From positions 1 to 61,073 of the IMG/VR virus record IMGVR_UViG_3300022747_000019: DNA of 61,073 nt; one strand, written 5' to 3'. The DNA comes from a virus. Taxonomy: Duplodnaviria; Caudoviricetes. Below the pieces are notes generated by a model. It searched no databases and was not told the DNA's origin. It saw only the letters and a list, made by a program, of their open reading frames with translations. Positions 1-9,880 of this stretch are shown here, one piece after another (the first letter of the stretch is position 1; the number at the start of each line of letters is the position of its first letter). The position numbers were made by a program, and so were the translations under genes.

Positions 1-3000
1 TAGGGGCATAATAGCTTCAGGGCCTGCTTCTCCCATTAAGCCTGTACCGTGTGCAAACTTAAATAGAGTTGGAGAAGTTACTAAAGAATTAGTAAACATT
101 CCGCCTTTTGCAAATGCCTGAATACCGCCTTCATAAGCTTTACCAAGTGCAGCAGTAGTACTCATTGCTGTTATACCAGCGTCCATATTAGGCACATTAG
201 TAACACCAGGGATACTTCCGGCACTTGGACCACCAAACATAGATTTTAGGAAACCACCAATACCCGGTTGCATTACGCTAAATAATGCTTCCATTTGTTT
301 ACGTAACTGAATACGGATCAGGTCGGCCAGCATAGAATCAACTAAACTCTTGAAGTTTAGTTTACCAGTTCTTGTAAACTCTACAAGAGCATCGGCCATG
401 CTTGTAAAGGCACCTTTCACAACATTATTCATTTCCATAAATGTGGAAGCCATATCTGCTGTAGCATTAATAGAATATCTTTGTGCTTGATTTACTGTAT
501 CAAGAGCAATTTTCTTTCTATTTAAAGCTTCGGTTTCTTGGTCAATAATACCTTGAGCAATCTTTAATTCAGATTCTGGGATTTCTTTATTTCGTTTGGC
601 TTGATCTAATAAGTCTTGGCTTTTCTGTATAGCTAACTTTTCTGTTTCTAAATCTTTAGATTTAGCTAGATATTCGTTGTCTACCTTCTGTAGTTCAATG
701 TTAGCTCTTTGACGAGCAGCTTCTTCATTAGAAATTAAACCTAGAGCATTTCTATAAGAGATTTCTGCTTCTTGTTGCTGAGCTTTTCCAGCCGCTATTT
801 CTAAATCTGCCTGTCTTACTGCTTTAGCAGCAGCTTCTTGTCTTTGTTTAATAGATTCGATACCAGTGATTCTATCACTTTCAAACTTACTATTTACGTT
901 AGCAATATCAGTAGCATTTTTTAACTTTAGATTCTTAAGATCAGTTTCTAACTGTGTCTTTCTATCAATATCTTCTTTATTCTTAGATCCTGCTAGTTTT
1001 AGAATCTGAGTATTGATGGCATCTTCTTCTTTAAGGGCTTGTAGTCTTAATACTTCTACATCAGCAGCTCTCTTAGATTCTGATAATGTATTACTATAGA
1101 TACCTAACTGTCTAGAAGCTTCATCAACAGTTTTTAACTTTGTTTGTTGTTCTAAAATTGCTGCATCGTTTATGGCATTTTGCTTCTTTAGATTCTCATC
1201 TAGCAGTTTAGCACCTAATTCGAGACCTGCAGATTTCTTCTGACCAGTAATACCTGCTACAGCCGCTTCTCTCTGCTTCTCTATTAAACCATAAGCGCCT
1301 AGAGATTGTCTTGCTGCTTCCATAGCTACAGGACTAAATCCTTGCGTAGATGCTTTGCTCTGAATTGCACTTCTTGCTGCAAACATTTCCAAAGTAGCAG
1401 TACCAGAAGTAACCATATTTTCAGCAGCGATCTTTTCAGTCTCACTAACTTTTCCACCAGTTCTAGCGGATTCTAAAATACGTTTACCTGTTTCTACACT
1501 TTGTACGGCTGTTAGTCTTGTTAACTCATCAGTGTTTTTCTGAGTGGCTAATTGTTGTGCATACGAAGCTTTTACAAGTTCTTCCTGAATATTAAGTTCA
1601 CGAATCTTTAGATCATATTCACGCTTAGCAGTGCCAGACCCGGCTTGACCGTAAATACCTACTTGCGTACGTTCTACACCTATTTGAGCTAATTCCTTAG
1701 CCTTCTTAAGACCTAATTCAATTTTCTCAAATGCAACAGAGTAGATATCTGCTAACAGTTTAGGTCCTGTTTCTTTTACGAAAGATTCGGCTTCTTTCTT
1801 TAAGCTCGCTAAACTATTCTTAGAGTTACTTACGGCTGTTTTTGCCTCAATTCTAGCACGAATTAATTCTGCGGCAGACTGACCAGGAGTTGCTCTAGCT
1901 GACTCAATATCTTTAGCAGCTATAGTAGATTTGTTAACAGCTTCATTAGCTTGATTAATTCTTTCTACATATTCTGCGGCTTTAGCCGCCTGCTTAAAAC
2001 TAGTCTCGCTAAGGCTAGCTAGCATCTGTGGATTTTTTGCGATCTCAGCAATAGCGCTGAGTGCTTTTAAAGGATCCATTAATGCCATAGAAAATCTATT
2101 AGCAGCTGTTACTAATTCAGTACCTAACTTACCCTGTAAGTCAGTAAAAGCATTGGATAAAGAAATCTGATCACTGATCTTATCAATTTCTTTTAAACTC
2201 TCTGTAAAAGCTTTAGTTGCATTAGCAGAATATGCTTCTTGTTTAGCTACTTCTTCAAACGCACGATGTAACTCTTTAATTTTTGCGATTTTCTGAGTTT
2301 CAGACATACCGCTGAATACTTTTTCAAGTACGGAAGCATTATTAATATCTTTAGGATCTATCTTCAATACTTTACTAGCAATATTACCTAATTGTTCAGA
2401 CTTTCTAGAACTACTTTCTAGTAGATTAGATAATGATTGAATATCCTCAATAGTACTAGCTACTAGTTTCTGAGTATTAGATCCACCCCAGATACTAGCG
2501 AAAGAATCTTTAAATTTATCCCAGCCATTGGCAGCTTGGTTAAACTTATAGACTGCTAACAATTGATTACCTAAAGCTTCTGTAACTTGGGTTAGAGCGT
2601 TACTGAAAGCAGCTACACTCTCTACACTAAATGCTTGCTTCTTTTTAGTAGTATATAGATCAAAAGTATCAGCGGCAGTTTTTACTGCGGCTGTATTTTC
2701 CTGTGTAGCATTATTAAATTCTTCTTGCTGTTTAGTAGCTTTAGAAGCCCAGCCATCAAAAATAGAATATGCTGCAGATAGCAGTGCAAATAATTCTAAG
2801 TAAGGTGCTATAGCGGATAATGCAGTACCGATAGCGGAACCCATAATGATAAAACTACCAGATACTAACGTAGTGATAGCTCTTAGACCTCTTAGTCCCG
2901 TGCCTGTATGCCCAATCTTTTCGCCAAGTTCATCAAATACTGGAACACCGCTTTTGATGTTTTCAAATAGGTTTTTAAAGGCTTGACCCATACCTTTTGT

Positions 3001-4560
3001 AGCAGTGTCTACACCAACCTGTGCTAATACTGCTGATGAAAGAGCCTTTTGTTGTGCGTGTTCTGCAACTAATCCACGCATACCTTCACCAGTGAACCAT
3101 TTAGGCTTTTTCTCTTCTACTTTAGAAGTAGCTTCATTAATCTTAACCTGCTCTTTAGCAGCGTCAGCAAGAACATCTTTAGTAATGCGTAGATTAGCAA
3201 TACGCTTTTCTTCGGCTGCAATTATATCTCTATAAGCAGACAGCTTACTAGCATCACCTTTATCTGTTTCTTTATATAGTTCTTTAGTTTTATCTAAAAG
3301 AGTTGTTCTGCGCTTAATCTCTGTGTCTACACTTTTGCCTAGAGCTTCTGAGTCTACAGAGCCTGACATAGCTTGTGCTACTATCTTAGATTTTTTAGAC
3401 AGGGTAGTAGCTAATAGTGTTTGAGCTTGTGCGATTTTACTATTGATAGACTGTTGGATCGGTCCGATCTTTTTATCTAACTCAGCTAGATCTTTTTCTA
3501 CAGAATAAATCTGGAATGCATCATGTACTCGCTTAGCGTTGGCCGCAGAATCTGCTGCTGTTTTAGCTAAGTTTTCACGCCAAGCACCTAGTGCTGGTAA
3601 TGCTTGTTTAATTAGTGTAGTACCTATCAGTGCAAATACACCTGCTAGTGCAGTAGGCGATTCTGACAATACTTTTACGATAGGCCCTAGTACATTGTTT
3701 ACCAAACCTAACCCAGCATTTGCTAAGTTAGTCATAGAAGCTAATAGCTTATCGTAAGGATTAGCCGGTATATCTATGTTACTGAATTTTTCTTTACCTT
3801 GCTGCAGTACTTCATTAGCAAAGGCTTGGCGCTTTTCTAGATCGGATAGCGAATTAGCAGTTTTACCAATAGACATAGCATATTTAGCTGTAGCTGTATC
3901 TACTCGAACTAAAATACCCAATTCGTCTAATAATTCTGGTTCTAGCTTTGTAATACCGCGACTTAGACGACTAACGGCATCTGGCATTGAAATACCAAGT
4001 GCCTGAGAGGCTTTCTTGGCTACTTCAGCCATTTCTAAAATTTGCTTGTTTCCCATTCCGCCTGCGCTACTTAAAGCAACGGCGGACATAGCATCCTTTA
4101 AACTAACTGCACCGTCAGTTGCTTTAACTAACTGCTCAGATAGAGTTCCCAAACTTTTACCACTAGCTGCACCTAACTGGTCAAGACCTTTGACCATATT
4201 AGCAGACTCCATAGCGGAGCTTAGTGCGCGAAATGCTGCGCCAACAGCAAATAAGTTAGCAGCAAATGTAGCATAGACGTGAACAAGCCCGCCTAAACCT
4301 TGTGCTTGTTTAGCGAAATCGCGTCCTGCAGCACCGGTACCGACAGCAGCACGGGCTACCCCGAATTCTGCGCCTTCTGCGGTGCTCATGCTTGCTCCTT
4401 TTAAGGCACTAGTGGTTTTAGGTGCCATGGCCGCTTTAACAGCGGTTGCTGAAGCTGCTACACTATCGTAAGCCCTGCGTAAATCTTGCGCATCTTTAAC
4501 CACTTTCTTGGTGCTGCCGTTGTCATCAACGTCTACACCAATTTTAATATTTTCTGCCAT
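1..4560 (-). CDS. Tail tape measure protein (runs off the window's left end)
   Basis: ATG at 4560 (MAENIKIGVDVDDNG...), not in ORF track. Ala/Lys-rich helical sequence with a GEAGPEAIMP motif near the window edge; lies downstream of the tail chaperones. Confidence 0.9.
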   Translation of the reverse strand, partial: MAENIKIGVDVDDNGSTKKVVKDAQDLRRAYDSVAASATAVKAAMAPKTTSALKGASMSTAEGAEFGVARAAVGTGAAGRDFAKQAQGLGGLVHVYATFAANLFAVGAAFRALSSAMESANMVKGLDQLGAASGKSLGTLSEQLVKATDGAVSLKDAMSAVALSSAGGMGNKQILEMAEVAKKASQALGISMPDAVSRLSRGITKLEPELLDELGILVRVDTATAKYAMSIGKTANSLSDLEKRQAFANEVLQQGKEKFSNIDIPANPYDKLLASMTNLANAGLGLVNNVLGPIVKVLSESPTALAGVFALIGTTLIKQALPALGAWRENLAKTAADSAANAKRVHDAFQIYSVEKDLAELDKKIGPIQQSINSKIAQAQTLLATTLSKKSKIVAQAMSGSVDSEALGKSVDTEIKRRTTLLDKTKELYKETDKGDASKLSAYRDIIAAEEKRIANLRITKDVLADAAKEQVKINEATSKVEEKKPKWFTGEGMRGLVAEHAQQKALSSAVLAQVGVDTATKGMGQAFKNLFENIKSGVPVFDELGEKIGHTGTGLRGLRAITTLVSGSFIIMGSAIGTALSAIAPYLELFALLSAAYSIFDGWASKATKQQEEFNNATQENTAAVKTAADTFDLYTTKKKQAFSVESVAAFSNALTQVTEALGNQLLAVYKFNQAANGWDKFKDSFASIWGGSNTQKLVASTIEDIQSLSNLLESSSRKSEQLGNIASKVLKIDPKDINNASVLEKVFSGMSETQKIAKIKELHRAFEEVAKQEAYSANATKAFTESLKEIDKISDQISLSNAFTDLQGKLGTELVTAANRFSMALMDPLKALSAIAEIAKNPQMLASLSETSFKQAAKAAEYVERINQANEAVNKSTIAAKDIESARATPGQSAAELIRARIEAKTAVSNSKNSLASLKKEAESFVKETGPKLLADIYSVAFEKIELGLKKAKELAQIGVERTQVGIYGQAGSGTAKREYDLKIRELNIQEELVKASYAQQLATQKNTDELTRLTAVQSVETGKRILESARTGGKVSETEKIAAENMVTSGTATLEMFAARSAIQSKASTQGFSPVAMEAARQSLGAYGLIEKQREAAVAGITGQKKSAGLELGAKLLDENLKKQNAINDAAILEQQTKLKTVDEASRQLGIYSNTLSESKRAADVEVLRLQALKEEDAINTQILKLAGSKNKEDIDRKTQLETDLKNLKLKNATDIANVNSKFESDRITGIESIKQRQEAAAKAVRQADLEIAAGKAQQQEAEISYRNALGLISNEEAARQRANIELQKVDNEYLAKSKDLETEKLAIQKSQDLLDQAKRNKEIPESELKIAQGIIDQETEALNRKKIALDTVNQAQRYSINATADMASTFMEMNNVVKGAFTSMADALVEFTRTGKLNFKSLVDSMLADLIRIQLRKQMEALFSVMQPGIGGFLKSMFGGPSAGSIPGVTNVPNMDAGITAMSTTAALGKAYEGGIQAFAKGGMFTNSLVTSPTLFKFAHGTGLMGEAGPEAIMPL

Positions 4561-4728
4561 AGTTTCTCCTATTAGCAATATGATCTAAAGGTACGATGGC
4601 CTTTAAATTTTTAGCGTATTTTCCATATCCACCTTATTATATCACTTAAGGATGCCAAAGTCAATACCGAAATTTTTTGAACCAAAAAAGAAAGCCCCGT
4701 AAGGGTTAGCTTACGGGGCTTCTTAATT

Positions 4729-5073
4729 TTATTCAGATTTTGTTTTCTGAGCGGCTATAAGTTTGCTTCTTGTGGAGTCCATAAGGGATATCCAGTCTAA
4801 AACATACTTACGATCACGCTTCTCTATTTCTAATATATCTAAAATTTCGGATAGGCCTACATAGCTTTTACCCATATAACTACCACCGAATGTATCCCAT
4901 TCGTCTCGTAGTTTGTAGTAAACGCCAATAGCTTCCTGAACTAAATCTGGGAAGTCGTCTATTTCAACGGGAACTTCATCCGGATCGGGTTCGTTGCCTA
5001 GAGCCTCACACATCTCAAAATACTGCTCTTTTGTCATTCCAACAGATCCATTCTGAAAGAATGACACTAGCAT
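4729..5073 (-). CDS. Tail assembly chaperone, C-terminal (gpT-like) part
   Basis: Between chaperone and tape measure; in the -1 frame of 5079..5501 and open back to the GGGAAAC slippery site. Confidence 0.75.
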   Translation of the reverse strand: MLVSFFQNGSVGMTKEQYFEMCEALGNEPDPDEVPVEIDDFPDLVQEAIGVYYKLRDEWDTFGGSYMGKSYVGLSEILDILEIEKRDRKYVLDWISLMDSTRSKLIAAQKTKSE

Positions 5074-5078
5074 TTTAT

Positions 5079-5501
5079 TTATTTCTGTGCGCTGCTCTTC
5101 TGAAAGTTTCCCAAATCGGTAACAATCTCGGAAATGAATGCATCGAAATTAGAAGAATTCTTCATTAAGAAAAGAGCATTTTCTTCAGAATATTCTAGTT
5201 CTGCATCAGGGTCTTGACCAGTTAAATCAACAGGAGCTAATTGTTCAAGATAAGAAAGCTTTAAACCGTCCCAACCTTGAATCGATTCTTTAACATAAAG
5301 TTGTAAGAATAGCTCGTCATTAAGTTCTTCTACTGGCTGACGATTTTTAAAAGAGGTTTTAGTAGCTTTCTTACGGATATTAATTAATGTCTCACGAGAC
5401 AAGAAGCTTACTGTAACTGTAAAACCAGGTAGTCCTGGATAATCAACGTCTACAGTTTTTGAAGGTACTAAAAGTGCTTTAAGCGAAATATTTGTTGCCA
5501 T
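5079..5501 (-). CDS. Tail assembly chaperone (gpG-like)
   Basis: Directly after the tail tube gene; slippery heptamer near its 3' end. Confidence 0.8.
   Translation of the reverse strand: MATNISLKALLVPSKTVDVDYPGLPGFTVTVSFLSRETLINIRKKATKTSFKNRQPVEELNDELFLQLYVKESIQGWDGLKLSYLEQLAPVDLTGQDPDAELEYSEENALFLMKNSSNFDAFISEIVTDLGNFQKSSAQK
5106..5112 (-). promoter_or_regulatory. Programmed -1 frameshift slippery site G GGA AAC
   Basis: XXXYYYZ heptamer in correct phase; -1 frame reads KLSEEQRTEINK then MLVSFF with no stop. Confidence 0.75.
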
Positions 5502-5575
5502 TTGGATTTTATCCGATTTTATTATAAGAAGTAAAAAGAGAGGTGGTGATCAAGCCACCTCTATAAAATTATTGC

Positions 5576-7045
5576 TTATGCGTAGTAACGGATAGCAATA
5601 TCGTTAGTCTGAGTTAAGTCGTAAACGTTGCCGTTTGCAGTTGAACTCGGTACGAAACCTTGACCAGTGAAGTTAATAGCTGTAGAAACAACTTGTTGAA
5701 CGTTAACTGTAGGAACGCCGATTGTTACAGATGGAAGATCTAAAACAACCTTAGTAGCATTTGCAGCACCGCCGATTGCTAACTGTAGAGAGAACATAGG
5801 TTCAACTGTAACAGAAGCAGCAGCCAACATGTCCGCTAGTAACTGACCTGTGCCACCAACGCCTGTACCAGTCTTTAAGTACGCATCAATAGTACCAGTA
5901 ATAGAACGAGTACCTGTGTAATACGTGATAGGTAAGTTAACTGTACCTAGGTTAGCTGGAGTAATGAAGTTGATGTTGTTACTGATAGTGATAGAACCAC
6001 CAGTTAGGGCTAATGTATAACCTGTACCACCTGCAGCAACTGTAGAACCAGTATTATCAACTAAAGCGTTTACTAGGCTTAGGCCAACAGTAGATAGCTT
6101 GTTAGTGATATATTGAGCAGCAGTATTCTTAGGAGCGAAGTTACCGCTTAGTGTACCACCACCGAAAGCACCACCAACAGCGGTTGCGCCAGTAGCAATC
6201 TGACGTAGCTGAGTAGCTTGTCCAGTCCATGCAGCAGTAGCGATAGCATCTAGACCGAAGTCGATAACAACTTGGTTTAGAGCAGAATTGTCAACAGCGT
6301 AAGCAACTTGGTCAACCAAGAAGATTAGACCGAATTTTTGTAGTTGGTTCTTGTTAGATCCGCCAGAAGTAACTAGAGAGTAGTTAGTTCCGCCTGCAGG
6401 AGCCCAGCCAGACTTGTATAACTTGATAGTGCCGTAAGTGATACCAGTAATAGTACCTGCTTTTGGATTTACTAAGTCAGCAGTGATAGAAGTGCCAGAA
6501 ACAGCAGTAACTTTTGCAGCTGCGTTTAAGTACTGTAGGTCACTTGATGGAGCACCAGTTAAACCAGTGATAACTACTACGTCACCAACGTTTACACCAG
6601 CAGCTGTTAGACCTGTACCAGCGATAGTAACTGTACCTGCACCGTTTAGGAAGGAATAAGTAACACCACTTAGTGTACCACCAACAGAAACTGTATTAGC
6701 AGTAGAAATATCTTGGTCAGAGAATAGAGCGTTCCATAGAACACCTTCTTCAGCAGTAACAGCACTACCTGTATTGAATGGGCGAATATAAGTAGAGAAA
6801 GAGAAGTCAACAGGAGCTAAACTCGTGTTGAAAGCGCGCTCGCCACGAGTAGGAGCAACACCAGCTTCAGCAATCGTTACCTTATCGCTGTTTGTATTTT
6901 GTGAGAACGAGAATCCATCTAAAACTTGCAATTCGAAGGTATTAGATGCGGTAAAGCCAGAAGCTTTAACCTTATAACCGTTAGCAGCAGTATCTAGGTT
7001 TGTAGTAAAGAATACCTTACTATTACGGACTAAATTTAATGCCAT
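5576..7045 (-). CDS. Major tail (tube) protein, T5 pb6-like
   Basis: 489 aa Thr/Gly-rich; MALNLVRNSKVFFT and LDGFSFSQ resemble the T5 tube N-terminus; synteny. Confidence 0.85.
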   Translation of the reverse strand: MALNLVRNSKVFFTTNLDTAANGYKVKASGFTASNTFELQVLDGFSFSQNTNSDKVTIAEAGVAPTRGERAFNTSLAPVDFSFSTYIRPFNTGSAVTAEEGVLWNALFSDQDISTANTVSVGGTLSGVTYSFLNGAGTVTIAGTGLTAAGVNVGDVVVITGLTGAPSSDLQYLNAAAKVTAVSGTSITADLVNPKAGTITGITYGTIKLYKSGWAPAGGTNYSLVTSGGSNKNQLQKFGLIFLVDQVAYAVDNSALNQVVIDFGLDAIATAAWTGQATQLRQIATGATAVGGAFGGGTLSGNFAPKNTAAQYITNKLSTVGLSLVNALVDNTGSTVAAGGTGYTLALTGGSITISNNINFITPANLGTVNLPITYYTGTRSITGTIDAYLKTGTGVGGTGQLLADMLAAASVTVEPMFSLQLAIGGAANATKVVLDLPSVTIGVPTVNVQQVVSTAINFTGQGFVPSSTANGNVYDLTQTNDIAIRYYA

Positions 7046-7126
7046 AATCTTTCCTTTATGTTTTTGGTTCTACCTGAACACTCTTGCTAGATTTTTATCT
7101 GCGTAGGAGTTTGGATATTACCGTGG

Positions 7127-7564
7127 TTACATGAGTGCATAACGCACTTGTATTGTCATCTCTCCGATTGCATAAGGCGCTAATAGTCCTTCATCGGTGA
7201 TAATTGAACTAACTAGAATCTCAGTAGTTTCGTAGTTGTTATCCGCATCGTACATTAAAACACGATTATCGTGGATTACTTTCTCTACATCTTCTAGTAG
7301 GTTTTCCAGTTGTTGTTGCGAATCTTCTTCTTTACAATAAATTTTTAAAGTAAGATTTAGATACGCCCAGGTAAAATCACCTGGAAGATATTCACGCATT
7401 TCGGAACCTGCCACTGTGTAAACACAAGGAAAGTCGTGTACTTCATCCCAAAACTTTAAATATGGATAAGCATTATTAAAGATATTTGATTTGAAACTAC
7501 CTGTTCCGTCAATTTGTTTTAACTTTTCTGTGAGAGCTTTAATTATTGAAGTTCTACGGCTCAT
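7127..7564 (-). CDS. Tail terminator protein
   Basis: MSRRTSI...TDEGLLAPY motif, T5-like; synteny. Confidence 0.8.
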   Translation of the reverse strand: MSRRTSIIKALTEKLKQIDGTGSFKSNIFNNAYPYLKFWDEVHDFPCVYTVAGSEMREYLPGDFTWAYLNLTLKIYCKEEDSQQQLENLLEDVEKVIHDNRVLMYDADNNYETTEILVSSIITDEGLLAPYAIGEMTIQVRYALM

Positions 7565-9177
7565 ACTGATACTGCCCTCAATCTATTTGCCACCTTTTCA
7601 GCGGCGATTTCTCGGATCGATCTACTTATTAGCAACTTAGGGTCGCGAGAGGTAGGAATACTTTGTTTTCCACCCTGAGAGAAAGTTGCGTATGGGTTTT
7701 TCATATATGAGTAGAAAATAGTAATTAATCCCTCTCTACTTTGAGATAATCTTTCAACTTTAACTGTAGAAGCGAATCTACCTGTTCTATAATTAAGAAT
7801 ATCTTTACGACTTCCGTCACCCATATTAGCAGAGATAACGTCTTGCAAGTGCGTATTAATTAACGATTGCAAACTTGATAAATTAACCTGTTGGCTAGCA
7901 GATTTCTGAGCAGTAGCTGCTTTTGAAACACTAGATTTAATCTCAGCTAAAAGTTTCTTACCTTCTTGAGCCGACTTTGCTAAACTAGCAGTACTTGCTA
8001 TCTTCTGAGGTGCAGATTTTTGGCTATATACCGTAACAGGATTATGTTGTATTTTTAAAGGCTCTACTGCTTTGCCTTTTATAGTATTGGCAATAGCACT
8101 TGCAATATATTCTTTTACTGTTTTTGAGCTTTTAAGATCTAATATATACTTACCAGGGTCAGCTATATAGCCTTGGAGAACTTTCTCCATTTGACTAGTA
8201 TACTTATCTAGCTTAACTACTAAGTTATCAAATGACTTAGCAGCTTCTGATACAGAACCTATCTTAGGTATACCTATCAGTCTTGTTTTCTTAGTATCGT
8301 ATTCAGCTGTCAGTAATTTCATTAAACTTGAAATTATCTGCAAGCCTTTTGTAATTTTACCAGTATCCTGATTACCGATTCCGCCTTCAGAGTATTTCTC
8401 TTGGAATTCGATATTCATAAAGATTCTACCAGCGGAGAAGTCTTTTTGGATAGCGGCGTTTAGTTCTGAATATATGGGTTTATTAGATAAAGTACTTGAT
8501 GCTCTATCTAAGTCCACGGATAGCTTAATAATTCTATCCAGTAAATCGTTTTCTTCTGTTATACCGCCAGCACTCAGTAACTGACGTCCAGTAGTTTGTG
8601 CGTATATGTGACCGCGTTCAAATAGTGCGGTAACTTCTTTTTTCGCAATTTCAGCAGATTTACCCTGAAAAGCTCCTAGTGTACGCAGAAATTCTACTAT
8701 ATGGTTTAGTGTGTTAGCATGTGAAAAATCAAGTCCGCGGAACGCAGTTGCTTGAGTCTTAACACCTTCTTCAGCCAGTACGCTACCAATAGTTCTATTT
8801 GATTTTCCAATTATATTTGAGCCAGTTTCGGAGTAAACCTCGAAGTGTCGGGCTTTTAATCCACCGTAATTTTGCTGCAAAAATATAAGATATAACTCTA
8901 GCCCCGATTGAGGGTCTAGTCCAGGTACAAATGCGGATATTAAACTAGCCGCACTCTCTTTGGTAATAACTAATCTAGTTCTACCTTGTTGCTCGCCAAC
9001 GTCTCGGAATTTTTCACTGTCTGCACTTAAGATAGACGCTGCACTGAGCATTCGATTCTTACTAGCCAATGCTTTAGTACTATATTCTAGTAATCTACGT
9101 TGCATACTCTGTAAATCAGAGACTGCGGAAGCATTGGCCTTATTACGCAGAGCAGAGCTAAATTCTTGAATACTCAT
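7561..9177 (-). CDS. Tail completion protein with long N-terminal extension
   Basis: C-terminal LNYRTGRFA...YMKNPY...RDPKLLI resembles the T5 tail completion protein; synteny. Confidence 0.65.
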   Translation of the reverse strand: MSIQEFSSALRNKANASAVSDLQSMQRRLLEYSTKALASKNRMLSAASILSADSEKFRDVGEQQGRTRLVITKESAASLISAFVPGLDPQSGLELYLIFLQQNYGGLKARHFEVYSETGSNIIGKSNRTIGSVLAEEGVKTQATAFRGLDFSHANTLNHIVEFLRTLGAFQGKSAEIAKKEVTALFERGHIYAQTTGRQLLSAGGITEENDLLDRIIKLSVDLDRASSTLSNKPIYSELNAAIQKDFSAGRIFMNIEFQEKYSEGGIGNQDTGKITKGLQIISSLMKLLTAEYDTKKTRLIGIPKIGSVSEAAKSFDNLVVKLDKYTSQMEKVLQGYIADPGKYILDLKSSKTVKEYIASAIANTIKGKAVEPLKIQHNPVTVYSQKSAPQKIASTASLAKSAQEGKKLLAEIKSSVSKAATAQKSASQQVNLSSLQSLINTHLQDVISANMGDGSRKDILNYRTGRFASTVKVERLSQSREGLITIFYSYMKNPYATFSQGGKQSIPTSRDPKLLISRSIREIAAEKVANRLRAVSV

Positions 9178-9755
9178 CCGTAATATGCCGTATGTTGGTC
9201 TAGTACTCTGCGAATATGTGCAGGTAAGCTAGTATTAGTGATATATTCGATTTGTACTGTATTGGCGCCAATAGCTTTCTGCGAGTGAACTGCCGCATCA
9301 TTACGTACATAGTACTGAATCAAATCAGCAATAGCTAATTTTAAATCAGGAGGAATTGCTTCATATCCAGCATTATAAGTAACGCGGAAGGCATTTGTTT
9401 TAAAGTAGTTAAAGTACTGAGCTGCGATTAGTTCGATAGCGCTCTCTTCTGGAACTACTACGTAATCTGCATATTCTGTTAATGTTGTATAAGTTTTTCC
9501 GAAGTCATCGGAGAACTCTACAGAACCTACTTGCATTACTGGAGTTTCTGTTAGCAGCATACGGTTGCCGTGTGCACCGCCTCTAAATGTATCAGTCTTA
9601 GGATCATCAACAAAATCCAAGAAAGTTCTGCGGCAAATATTTTTTACTAAGGCACTTACCTGAGGGATTAGTTGTTTAACTGTCGCATCCTGATTTGTGC
9701 TTGAAATTCCAAGATATGTTTTGTATTCTGCGAGCGTAATTAAATCTAATGCCAT
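9174..9755 (-). CDS. Head completion / head-tail adaptor
   Basis: LITLAEYKTYLG...YNAGY..IPPDLKLA pattern typical of gp6-like adaptors. Confidence 0.8.
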   Translation of the reverse strand: MALDLITLAEYKTYLGISSTNQDATVKQLIPQVSALVKNICRRTFLDFVDDPKTDTFRGGAHGNRMLLTETPVMQVGSVEFSDDFGKTYTTLTEYADYVVVPEESAIELIAAQYFNYFKTNAFRVTYNAGYEAIPPDLKLAIADLIQYYVRNDAAVHSQKAIGANTVQIEYITNTSLPAHIRRVLDQHTAYYG

Positions 9756-9880
9756 AGAATATCCTTTATGTCTTTTATAAATATACCAGACATTTCCGCT
9801 TCAATTGCGTGGTGTGTAATATACTTATAAAAGACAAGGAACCGAAGTTCCTTGTCTGAGAGATTATCTCAATCGTTAGA

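Noticed and set aside
3005-4276. Several + strand ORFs of 70-86 aa
   Set aside because: Antisense shadows of the tape measure gene; same for similar ORFs over the tail, capsid, portal, terminase and nadV genes.
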